DNA from: Gammaproteobacteria bacterium
Lineage (GTDB): Bacteria > Pseudomonadota > Gammaproteobacteria > Steroidobacterales > PWYM01
Direction of reading: 5' to 3'
NCBI GenBank assembly: GCA_003567855.1
Contig: PWYM01000237.1
Coordinates: forward strand, 5,302-69,301
DNA: 64,000 bases
Under the pieces are notes generated by a model. The model did not search any database. It was not told where the DNA came from and saw nothing but the letters and a program-made list of their open reading frames with translations. Both the position numbers and the translations under genes were made by a program. Below, piece after piece: positions 21,172 through 29,414 of this stretch (position 1 is its first letter; each line of letters starts with the position of its first letter).

Positions 21172-22080
21172 ATGGCGCCATTGCCTGGTGCAACACGGCG
21201 CAGCACGCCCGACCCTGCCCGATTCATCGCGGGGGACGTTGAACGTCGCTACGAAAGCCGCGACGGGCTGTCGTTATGCTACCGCGACTACGACGGCGGC
21301 GGCGAAGGCTGGCCCCTGCTCTGCATCCCGGGACTGAGCCGCAACAGCCGTGACTTCCATCGCCTCGCGCTCGCGCTGCGACCCGCCCGGCGCGTCCTGG
21401 CCGTGGACCTGCGCGGCCGCGGCCTGTCCGACTACGACCCCGACGGCGACAACTACCGCCTCCCGACGTACGTCGTCGACATCGCCGGCCTGCTGCGCCA
21501 CGCCGGCATCGACCGTGCCGTGGTGCTCGGCAGCTCGCTCGGCGGCGTGGTCGCGATGATGCTCGCATCGGAGCAGCCAGCGAAGATCGCGGGGCTGGTA
21601 CTCAACGATATCGGCCCCGAGATCGCGCGCGCGGGCCTGGCGCGCATCCGCGAGCAGGCAGGCCGACTCGGGCCGGTCTGGAACTGGGACGAGGCCTGCG
21701 CACAGACGCGCGAAATCCACGGCCATGCGCTGCCCGACCTCGATGACGCGCGCTGGATGGAGTACACCCGCGCCGCGTATCGCGAAGGCCCCGACGGGGT
21801 GCCGCGCCTGGACCTCGATCCACGCATCGGTGAACGGCCGGCACGTCCGGGCGACCTGCCCGACCCCTGGACGATGTTCACGTCGCTGTCGATGCCCACG
21901 CTCGTCCTGCGTGGCGAACATTCCGACATCCTGACGCGCGAGACGGCCGAACGGATGCAGGCATGGAATCCCGGGCTGGAACTCGCCACCGTTTCGGGAC
22001 GCGGCCACGCGCCGCTGCTCGACGAGGCCGACAGCCTCGCGGCACTGGAGGCATTTCTCGCGCGCGCCGACGCGCTGTAA
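21172..22080 (+). CDS. Alpha/beta hydrolase (paralog 2, tandem duplicate)
   Basis: GSSLGG elbow and GRGHAPLLD. Colinear similarity to 20234-21094 (PGL.RNSRDF, DLRGRG.SD.DP, LND.GPEI). The start is trimmed to the ATG at 21172; the track start at 21091 overlaps the upstream stop. Confidence 0.82.
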   Translation: MAPLPGATRRSTPDPARFIAGDVERRYESRDGLSLCYRDYDGGGEGWPLLCIPGLSRNSRDFHRLALALRPARRVLAVDLRGRGLSDYDPDGDNYRLPTYVVDIAGLLRHAGIDRAVVLGSSLGGVVAMMLASEQPAKIAGLVLNDIGPEIARAGLARIREQAGRLGPVWNWDEACAQTREIHGHALPDLDDARWMEYTRAAYREGPDGVPRLDLDPRIGERPARPGDLPDPWTMFTSLSMPTLVLRGEHSDILTRETAERMQAWNPGLELATVSGRGHAPLLDEADSLAALEAFLARADAL

Positions 22081-22605
22081 TCAGCGGTCGCTGCGCACCT
22101 TCGACGCAAACAGCGCGCGCCGCTCCCGCTTGCTCAGGCGACGACGGGAAAAATACGACGCCATGCCGACGGCTACCGCTGCGTAGATCGGGTCCAGCGG
22201 TCCAAGTGCACGCAGGTAAAAACGCAGCGAGTCAGCGAGCCGCGACGGCGAAAGCACTTCGAACAGCGAGAGCTCCTCGGTCGTGCCGCGCAGAACGCCG
22301 ATCAGCAGCACGTGACCGAGCACCAGCCCGCCGAGCGCAAGCAGGCCGGCCGCGACCATGAACCGCAGCTCCAGGCCGCGGCCCGCAAACTGCACCGCGA
22401 GCCCCACCGCGAGACCGAGCACGACGACGAGGACGCCCGCATGCAGCCCCGACTGCATCGCAAACACCGCCCACGCGACCGCCGCGGTCACCGACATCGC
22501 CGCACCGGCGGCCACCCCCAGCGGGAAGTTCTGCTGCGCGCGCAGCGCCTCTGCCAGCGCCAGCCGCTGGCGGACCTCGGTTTCGTATTCATCGCGATCG
22601 GTCAT
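22081..22605 (-). CDS. Hypothetical membrane protein (about 4 TM segments)
   Basis: 174 aa from the ATG at 22605 (MTDRDEYETEVRQRL...), followed by hydrophobic helices. I recognise no family. The upstream extension in the track is Arg-rich and implausible. Confidence 0.55.
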   Translation of the reverse strand: MTDRDEYETEVRQRLALAEALRAQQNFPLGVAAGAAMSVTAAVAWAVFAMQSGLHAGVLVVVLGLAVGLAVQFAGRGLELRFMVAAGLLALGGLVLGHVLLIGVLRGTTEELSLFEVLSPSRLADSLRFYLRALGPLDPIYAAVAVGMASYFSRRRLSKRERRALFASKVRSDR

Positions 22606-22703
22606 AGGCGTATCCGTAACGTCGGGTGCAACGGCCCAGAGACTCTCGTCATGCGCAGGCGAATGCAAGCGCCGGGACCGGCAACGCAAGCCCCCGCGGC
22701 GGG

Positions 22704-23573
22704 TCAGTCCTCGCCGCGACCGCGGATACGCACCAGCCCTTCCTGTGCCGTGCTCGCAACCAGCGTGCCGTCCCGCGTGTAGATCATGCCTCGCGCGAGC
22801 CCGCGCGCGCCGCTCGCGCTCGGGCTGTCGAAGGTATAGAGCAACCACTCGTCAACCCGGGGCGGTCGGTGGAACCACATCGCGTGGTCGATGCTCGCCA
22901 TCTGCACGTTGTCATGCCCGAAGCGGATACCGTGTGGCAGCGTTGCCGTGCCGAGCAGCTCGTAGTCCGACACGTAGGCGAGCAGCACGCGGTGCAGCTG
23001 GTCATTGTCGGGGATCCGGTCCACCGTTCGCATCCACACGTGCTTGACCGGTTCGCGACGCTCCGGGTTCAGAAAGTTGACCGGATCCACCGGCCTGAAC
23101 TCGAACGGGCGCTTGGTCGTCAGCAACCGCCGCAGCTTCGTCGGCGCCCGGTCGGCAAGACGAAGATTCAGCTCGGTGACGTCGGTGAGCCCGTCCGGAC
23201 CCGGCACGTCGGGCATGTCGGCCTGGTGTGTAAAGCCTTCCTCCGGCACCTGGAACGAACACGACAGCGTGAAGATCGGGCGCCCGTGCTGGATCGCCAC
23301 AACGCGCCGTGCACTGAAGGAGCGGCCGTCACGTGAATGATCCACGTTGTAGACGATCGGTGCCTTCATGTCGCCCGGGCGCAGAAAGTAGGAGTGCAGC
23401 GAGTGCACGATGCGCCCGTCCACCGTCTGGCTGGCGGCCGACAGCGCCTGCCCGAGCACCTGGCCTCCGAACACCTGTGGACTGCCTATGTCGCGGCTTT
23501 CGCCGCGAAAAATGTCGACCTCGATGCGTTCGAGTTCGAGCAGTTGCAACAGGTCGGCAAGTATCGCGTTCAT
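22704..23573 (-). CDS. tesB: Acyl-CoA thioesterase II
   Basis: N-terminus MNAILADLLQLLELERIEVDIFRGESRDIGSPQVFGGQVLGQAL and a double hot-dog length (289 aa), both typical of TesB. Confidence 0.9.
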   Translation of the reverse strand: MNAILADLLQLLELERIEVDIFRGESRDIGSPQVFGGQVLGQALSAASQTVDGRIVHSLHSYFLRPGDMKAPIVYNVDHSRDGRSFSARRVVAIQHGRPIFTLSCSFQVPEEGFTHQADMPDVPGPDGLTDVTELNLRLADRAPTKLRRLLTTKRPFEFRPVDPVNFLNPERREPVKHVWMRTVDRIPDNDQLHRVLLAYVSDYELLGTATLPHGIRFGHDNVQMASIDHAMWFHRPPRVDEWLLYTFDSPSASGARGLARGMIYTRDGTLVASTAQEGLVRIRGRGED

Positions 23574-23645
23574 CGCACTTCATTCCCTGGGACTAAAGGG
23601 GAGGATTTCCGCCGGCTGCACGGCAGCGCGCACTCGCGCCAAACC

Positions 23646-24524
23646 TCAATCGCCGCGCGCCCGGCGCAGCCGGGTGATCAGGCTCGACGTGTCGAGGCGG
23701 GCTCCACCGGCGTTGGCGACGTCGGCGTAGAACTGGTCGACGAGCGCGGTCACCGGCAGCTGCGCACCGCTGTCACGTGCCTGCTCCAGACAGATGCGCA
23801 GATCCTTGCGCATCCATTCGACGGCGAACCCGAAGTCAAACTCACCGGCCGCCATGGTCGTTGCCCGGTTGTCGAGCTGCCACGACTGCGCGGCACCGCC
23901 GCCTATCGCTTCGATCACGCGTTCGATGTCGAGCCCGTTGCATTGTGCGAAGTGGATACCTTCCGAAAGCCCCTGCAGGAGCCCGGCGATGCAGATCTGG
24001 TTGACCATCTTCGCCAGCTGACCGGCGCCGTGATCGCCGACTCGCACCACGCGGTGGGCGTATGCCTCGAGCAGCGGTCGGACGCGCTCGCAGTCCGCGG
24101 AATCACCACCAAGCATGACCGTGAGCCGGCCGGCCTCGGCGCCCGCCTGACCACCCGACACCGGCGCGTCGAGCATGCGCCCGCCGGCCGCACGCGTCTG
24201 CTCGGCGAGTTCCCGCGCAAGTGCCGCCGACGCGGTGGTGTGGTCGATCCAGGTCGCACCCTGCTGCAGCCCTGCGATCAGCCCGTGTTCGCCCCCTGCC
24301 ACATCGAGCACGTCGGGGTCGTCACCGACACACGAGCAGACGAAATCCGCGCCGGCAACCGCATCGCGCGGCGTCGCGGCATGTTGTCCGCGGTACTCGT
24401 TCAGCCATGCATCACATCGCGCGACGGTGCGGTTGTACACGGTGACCTCGTGACCGGCACGCGCGAGGTGTCCCGCCATGGGATACCCCATCACGCCCAG
24501 CCCGATGAATGCGACCTTGGCCAT
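23646..24524 (-). CDS. NAD(P)-dependent 3-hydroxyisobutyrate dehydrogenase-family oxidoreductase
   Basis: N-terminal Rossmann motif VAFIGLGVMGYPMAGHL, about 290 aa, with beta-hydroxyacid dehydrogenase family organisation. Confidence 0.82.
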   Translation of the reverse strand: MAKVAFIGLGVMGYPMAGHLARAGHEVTVYNRTVARCDAWLNEYRGQHAATPRDAVAGADFVCSCVGDDPDVLDVAGGEHGLIAGLQQGATWIDHTTASAALARELAEQTRAAGGRMLDAPVSGGQAGAEAGRLTVMLGGDSADCERVRPLLEAYAHRVVRVGDHGAGQLAKMVNQICIAGLLQGLSEGIHFAQCNGLDIERVIEAIGGGAAQSWQLDNRATTMAAGEFDFGFAVEWMRKDLRICLEQARDSGAQLPVTALVDQFYADVANAGGARLDTSSLITRLRRARGD

Positions 24525-24534
24525 GGTGCCTCCG

Positions 24535-26313
24535 TCAGAACGGCCAGAACACGAGCAGCAGCGGCACGCTCGTAACGACGATGATCGCTTCCAGCGGCAG
24601 CCCCATGCGCCAGTAATCGCCGAAGCGGTAACCGCCGGGCTCCAGCACGAGCGTATTCGACTGGTGGCCTATGGGCGTCAGGAATGCGCATGATGCGCCG
24701 ATCGCGACGGCCATCAGCAGCGGATCGGCGCTGATCTCGAGCCGGGACGCGATATCCAGCGCAAGCGGTGCCATCAGCACCGCGGTTGCATTATTGTTGA
24801 TCACGTCGGACAGGAACATCGTACCGACCATCAGCACGACCAGCACCCATACCGGACCGAGAGATGCGGTCATTGCCAGCATCCCGTCGGCAATCAGTGC
24901 AGTCCCCCCGGTGGTTTCGAGCGTGGCACCGACCGGTATAAGTGCTCCCAGCAGCACGATCACCGGCCAGTCGATCGCCTTGTAGATCTCTTCGCCACGA
25001 ATCACCGACAGCAGCGCGAGCACTGCAACCGCGCCCACGAACGCGACGTGCGCGGGCAGCGTACCCGTCATCACCGTCACGATGGCGGCACCGAAGATAC
25101 CGGCCGACAGTAGCAGGTGGCGCGGGCGTGCGATTGAGAGCTCCCGCTCAGCCAGCGGCAGCAATCCGAACTCGGCGAGCGTCGCCGGCAGCCGTTCGGT
25201 CGGCCCCTGCAGCAGCAGGACATCGCCGGCCTGCAGCTGCGCGTGGCTGAGACGCCGGGTGATGCGCCGCCCCTGGCGTGAAACGGCAAGCAGGTTCACG
25301 CCGTGCACGGTGCGCAGCAGCAGGTTCGCCGGTGACCTGCCGCGCACGCTCGAGGCCGGACCGACGATGACCTCCTGGATCCCTATCTCGTCGGAACTGA
25401 GGTCATCGGTGAGGATTTCCTTATCCTCCTCGAGTTCGAAATCAGTCGTGTTGAGGAGCTCCTTGAGGGCCGCCGGATCCGACTCGACGACGAGGATGTC
25501 GCCGGCACGCACCGTCTCGTAGCCGCGTGGCACCAGGCGCCGACTTTCCTCGCGCACCAGCGCCACGATGACCGCGTCGTCCTCCGCGAGGGCCTCAATG
25601 TCGTCGATGGTCTTGCCGGCAAGCTCGGACTCCTCTGGCACGCGAAGTTCGGTCACGTAATCAGCGACGTTGAACATCGCTTCGCGACTCTGCGCCTCCA
25701 ACCGTTCCCGGGGAATGAGTCTCCAGCCGACCAGTGCGACGAAGGTTACGCCGAGCAGCGCGACGACGGCGCCAACCGGTGCGAAGTCGAACATCGAGAA
25801 CCCTTCGCCCAGCGCCTCGGCACGGTAAGCTGCGATGATGATGTTGGGCGGTGTTCCGATCAGCGTGCTCAAGCCGCCGAGGATGGAACCGAACGCGAGT
25901 GGCATCAACGCACGCGCCGGAGAGTAGCCGTCCCGGTAGGCGTTGCGCAGGGCTACCGGCAGCATCAGCGCCAGCGCGCCGACGTTGTTCATGAACGCCG
26001 ACAGCACCGCCACGACCAGCGTCTGCGCGATGAGCTGCAGGTTCGCACGACCGCGCAGCGGCGCGAGCACACGCAGCACCACGTCGACGATGCCCGCGTT
26101 CTGCAAGGCCCGGCTGATCACCAGGACCGCCGCGACGGTCACCACGGCCGGATGGGCAAACCCGTCGAAGGCCTGCTCGACCGGCAGGACACCGGTCAGG
26201 ACCACCGCCAGCAGCGCCAGGATCGCGACGATGTCGTAGCGGAACCGGCCCCACATGAACATGACCAGGGCCGCGCCCAGTACCGCGAAGACGATCGCCT
26301 GATCCGTCGTCAT
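24535..26313 (-). CDS. SLC13/DASS-family anion permease with central TrkA-C domains
   Basis: Polytopic N- and C-terminal membrane halves flank a soluble about 170-aa segment (VTELRVPEESELAGKTIDDI...ILVVESDP..., LQAGDVLLLQGP) typical of tandem TrkA-C domains. The start is trimmed to MTTDQAIVFAVLG. Confidence 0.8.
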   Translation of the reverse strand: MTTDQAIVFAVLGAALVMFMWGRFRYDIVAILALLAVVLTGVLPVEQAFDGFAHPAVVTVAAVLVISRALQNAGIVDVVLRVLAPLRGRANLQLIAQTLVVAVLSAFMNNVGALALMLPVALRNAYRDGYSPARALMPLAFGSILGGLSTLIGTPPNIIIAAYRAEALGEGFSMFDFAPVGAVVALLGVTFVALVGWRLIPRERLEAQSREAMFNVADYVTELRVPEESELAGKTIDDIEALAEDDAVIVALVREESRRLVPRGYETVRAGDILVVESDPAALKELLNTTDFELEEDKEILTDDLSSDEIGIQEVIVGPASSVRGRSPANLLLRTVHGVNLLAVSRQGRRITRRLSHAQLQAGDVLLLQGPTERLPATLAEFGLLPLAERELSIARPRHLLLSAGIFGAAIVTVMTGTLPAHVAFVGAVAVLALLSVIRGEEIYKAIDWPVIVLLGALIPVGATLETTGGTALIADGMLAMTASLGPVWVLVVLMVGTMFLSDVINNNATAVLMAPLALDIASRLEISADPLLMAVAIGASCAFLTPIGHQSNTLVLEPGGYRFGDYWRMGLPLEAIIVVTSVPLLLVFWPF

Positions 26314-26463
26314 ACCTGTCCCCGGCCCTTCAAACCGCGAAAGTGTACCGGCTGCGGCCCGCGGGGACGACTGCGGCACGCGCCGGCCGGGTGGGTCGGT
26401 CCGTGGTATGCCACCGCCATCGGGGTTATGGTACGGGCCGGTGCCGCATGGAGGAGCCTACTG

Positions 26464-27258
26464 ATGAACGAGCCCGGGACGCAGGCGTCGCGCTGGCCGA
26501 CGGTATTCGGATGGGCCGCGGCGCTGCTGCTGCTGACGACACTGGCGCTGCTGGCGTTCACCGGCCCGGCGTATCAGGCCGGCATGGTGGATATCCGTTT
26601 CGCGATATTCACGCTGCTCCGGCTGATATTCTTCGGCGCCATCGCCTGCGTGGTGGTCGGCGCGGTCGCCGCGGTATGGAACTGGCGCCGGGCCGCACGC
26701 GGCTGGGCGCTGACCGGCGCGGTCGCGCTGGTCGCCGGACTTGCCCTCAGCCTGCACTTCCTGTCGTGGATGCAGACCGCGCGCAGCGTGCCACCCATCC
26801 ACGACATCAGCACCGACCTGGAAACTCCGCCCGAGTTCGTCGATATCGCGCCGCTACGTGCCGACGCCCCGAACCCGGTCGAGCACCCCGGCGAGGAGGT
26901 CGCCGGGCAGCAGCGCGAGGCGTATCCGGACCTCGTGCCCATTCGCGTCGCCACCCCGCGGGAGCAGGTCTTCGCAGCGGCGGTCGCAGTCGTCGAGCGG
27001 GCTGGCTGGGAACTCGTGGCACAGGCACCTGGAGAGGGTCGTATCGAAGCTACCGATACAACGTTCTATTTCGGCTTCAAGGATGACGTGGTGATCCGCC
27101 TGCGTCGCGAGGGTGAACTGACCGTCGTCGACGTGCGTTCCAAGTCGCGGGTCGGCGGATCGGACGTGGGCACCAATGCCGCACGCATCCGCGACTTTCG
27201 TGAAGCACTGCTACGGCAGCTGGACGTCGACCCGGTGGACCCTCCGCCGGTGGCGTGA
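26464..27258 (+). CDS. DUF1499 domain membrane-anchored protein
   Basis: N-terminal TM segments followed by EATDTTFYFGFKDDVVIRLRREGELTVVDVRSKSRVGGSDVGTNAARIRDF (DUF1499 signature). The track start at 26152 overlaps the divergent permease and was rejected. Confidence 0.7.
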   Translation: MNEPGTQASRWPTVFGWAAALLLLTTLALLAFTGPAYQAGMVDIRFAIFTLLRLIFFGAIACVVVGAVAAVWNWRRAARGWALTGAVALVAGLALSLHFLSWMQTARSVPPIHDISTDLETPPEFVDIAPLRADAPNPVEHPGEEVAGQQREAYPDLVPIRVATPREQVFAAAVAVVERAGWELVAQAPGEGRIEATDTTFYFGFKDDVVIRLRREGELTVVDVRSKSRVGGSDVGTNAARIRDFREALLRQLDVDPVDPPPVA

Positions 27259-27307
27259 CGCCGCGCGGGGAAACGACCGCGGCTCGAGCGGTGCCGCCCC
27301 GCAACGC

Positions 27308-27631
27308 TCAGAACTTCAGCCGGCCGGTAAGCAGCTCCCAGAACATGCGGAAGTCGCCGAGCAGACTGTAGAGGGGATGGGTGAAAGTGGCCGGTCGGTT
27401 GCGCTCGAAGAAGAAGTGGCCGGCCCAAGCGAAGCCGTACCCGGCGACCGGCATGACGAGCAGCCACCACGGGTTCCATGTGACGACGGCAGCGACCGCG
27501 ATCAGGATCACCAGTGCCGTGCCCGCGAAGTGCAGGCGCCGGGACGTGCTGTGCCGGTGTTCCGACAGGTAGTACGGATAGAACTCGGTAAAGCTCGAAA
27601 ACCGCTGACCCGGCTGCTGATGGGCATCCAT
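27308..27631 (-). CDS. DUF962 (Mpo1-like) family protein
   Basis: 107 aa with FYPYYLSEHRHSTSRRLHFAGT and two TM segments, typical of DUF962. Confidence 0.7.
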   Translation of the reverse strand: MDAHQQPGQRFSSFTEFYPYYLSEHRHSTSRRLHFAGTALVILIAVAAVVTWNPWWLLVMPVAGYGFAWAGHFFFERNRPATFTHPLYSLLGDFRMFWELLTGRLKF

Positions 27632-27683
27632 AACGCCATTCTCCGACGGGGCGCCGCGGCGCGCAACGGGGTCGCAGATACGC

Positions 27684-28529
27684 CTAAAGGGCGCGTTCGA
27701 GCCGATTCAGCCATTCACGGGGATGAGGTGCGGCCGGATCCCGCGCGCGCTCGGCAAGCGCCCATGACCAGGACAGCAGCCGGACCAGCCGCTCGACGTC
27801 AGCGAGTTCACGCCGCGCTGCCGGCAACAGCCCGTTCGCGGCCAGCAGCCGATCCCGCTCCCGGCCGGCGAGCGGCGTGAGCGCGGTGATGCACGCGAGG
27901 TCGAAACGCCTGTCGAACGGCGCCGCGTACTCCCAGTCGACCAGCATCGGCTCGGGCCAGCCGACGACGTTCGCCGGCACGAGGTCATTGTGCGCGAGGC
28001 GGCTGCAGTCCGCGTCGCTGACGAAGTCTTCCAGCTCGCGCGCGAGTGCCGCCAGCCGCACCGCGATTGCGGGGGTGTCGCGCACTGCTGCCGGCAGCGC
28101 TTCGCTGTAGGCCCGCGCGGCGCGCACAGGATCGAACACCGGCATATCGAGTTCGACCGAGTGGAGCATCTCGAGCTTTCGCGCCAGTGCTTCCGCGCCG
28201 GCGGCACAGCCGAGTTCGGCGGGCGACCATGCAGGGTCATCGATCCAGCGCGTGACCAGTCCGCCGTCCTCGCCGAAGTACAGGAGCTCCGGCGCAATGC
28301 CAACGGCCGCCACCCGCGCGAGCACACGGCCCTCGTCGGCGATCGACGTTGCGAACCTTGGTGCCAGTGGCGCAAGCCGCGCGAGCAGCGCCCCTTCGCG
28401 GCTTTGTACCCGGTAAACGCGGTGTCGGGCAGAGGCGACACGCTCGGCGCCCCACCAGCCCTGCACGTTCGCGCGTGCGAGCAATGTCCCCAGCGCGGGA
28501 TCCGGAACAGGCGTACCGGAGCCGTTCAC
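27684..28529 (-). CDS. APH/choline-kinase-family phosphotransferase, candidate thiamine kinase
   Basis: Brenner motif LAHNDLVPANVV followed by LVDWEYA. The GTG start overlaps the PnuC stop (GTGA). It is the last gene of the TPP-riboswitch operon, and E. coli ThiK belongs to this fold family. Confidence 0.65.
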   Translation of the reverse strand: MNGSGTPVPDPALGTLLARANVQGWWGAERVASARHRVYRVQSREGALLARLAPLAPRFATSIADEGRVLARVAAVGIAPELLYFGEDGGLVTRWIDDPAWSPAELGCAAGAEALARKLEMLHSVELDMPVFDPVRAARAYSEALPAAVRDTPAIAVRLAALARELEDFVSDADCSRLAHNDLVPANVVGWPEPMLVDWEYAAPFDRRFDLACITALTPLAGRERDRLLAANGLLPAARRELADVERLVRLLSWSWALAERARDPAAPHPREWLNRLERAL

Positions 28530-29140
28530 GCCGTCGCCTGCGCGAACTCACGCCGGACGAGATCACGTCGCCACGCGATGTAGCCGAACACGATGATCAC
28601 GAGGTAGGCGCCGAACAGCAGTGCCGTCAGGTACAGCTCGCGGCTGAGATAGAGATAGATGTTGAGCGCGTCGATCACGAACCAGTACAGCCAGTTCTCG
28701 AGCACCTTGCGGGCGATCATGAAGGTTGCGACCAGACTCGCCCAGGTCGTGAACGAGTCGAGGTACGGCAGTTCCGCATCGGTCCAGCCGCTCAACCACC
28801 AGCCGCTTGCCAGGCTCGCGGTGATGACGCAGACGAGCACGTACAGGTGCCGACGCACCGGCCAGACCGAGACCCGCACCCCGGCGCCTCCCGCACCCCC
28901 GCGCGTCCACTGGTGCCAACCGTAAATGGCCATCACCATGTAGAACAGCTGCAGCCCGGACTCCATGTACAGCCGCGCCGACGCGAACACGAACAGGAAA
29001 ATCGTCGTGCTGACCAGCGCCGCCGGCCAGCAGAGGATGTTCTGGCGCACCGCCAGCAGCAGGTAGGCCACCGCCAGCACCACCGCCGTGGCCTCCCACA
29101 GGTTCACCGCCTGCGCCGCAGCGAGCAGCGGGTCGATCAC
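28526..29140 (-). CDS. pnuC: PnuC-family transporter (nicotinamide-riboside/thiamine type; the thiamine-type PnuT role is inferred from context)
   Basis: 204 aa, about 7 hydrophobic helices, Trp-rich motifs (YGWHQW, WTDAELPYLDSFTTW, NWLYWFVIDALN) typical of PnuC. The GTG start overlaps the upstream stop (GTGA). Confidence 0.8.
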   Translation of the reverse strand: MIDPLLAAAQAVNLWEATAVVLAVAYLLLAVRQNILCWPAALVSTTIFLFVFASARLYMESGLQLFYMVMAIYGWHQWTRGGAGGAGVRVSVWPVRRHLYVLVCVITASLASGWWLSGWTDAELPYLDSFTTWASLVATFMIARKVLENWLYWFVIDALNIYLYLSRELYLTALLFGAYLVIIVFGYIAWRRDLVRREFAQATA

Positions 29141-29400
29141 GCGTCGGCGCTCCCCGGCGCAAGATCACCGGCGAGAAACTTGGTGACGAATACGGTCTGG
29201 CCGGTGTCGGCGTGCACCCGCGCCATCTCGGCGCACAGCGCCGAGAACACCGCATCGTACTCGCCCGACAATTGGGTGCTGAGCGGGTTGGTCGCGACGC
29301 GCAGGTCGGGATAGGCGTTGAGCCGCTCGATGAACGCCGCGATCGCGGGCCGGAAGTCCTCGGCAAGCGGGTACATGCTGATTTCGACGGTAAGCTTCAT
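29137..29400 (-). CDS. Small YkoF/MTH1187-like (thiamine/HMP-binding, ACT-like) protein
   Basis: 87 aa with the pattern MKLTVEISMYPL...TQLSGEYDAVFSAL...VFVTKF, resembling the thiamine-binding MTH1187/YkoF superfamily. GGAG RBS upstream. Confidence 0.55.
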   Translation of the reverse strand: MKLTVEISMYPLAEDFRPAIAAFIERLNAYPDLRVATNPLSTQLSGEYDAVFSALCAEMARVHADTGQTVFVTKFLAGDLAPGSADA

Positions 29401-29414
29401 TTGGCGCTCCGTGG

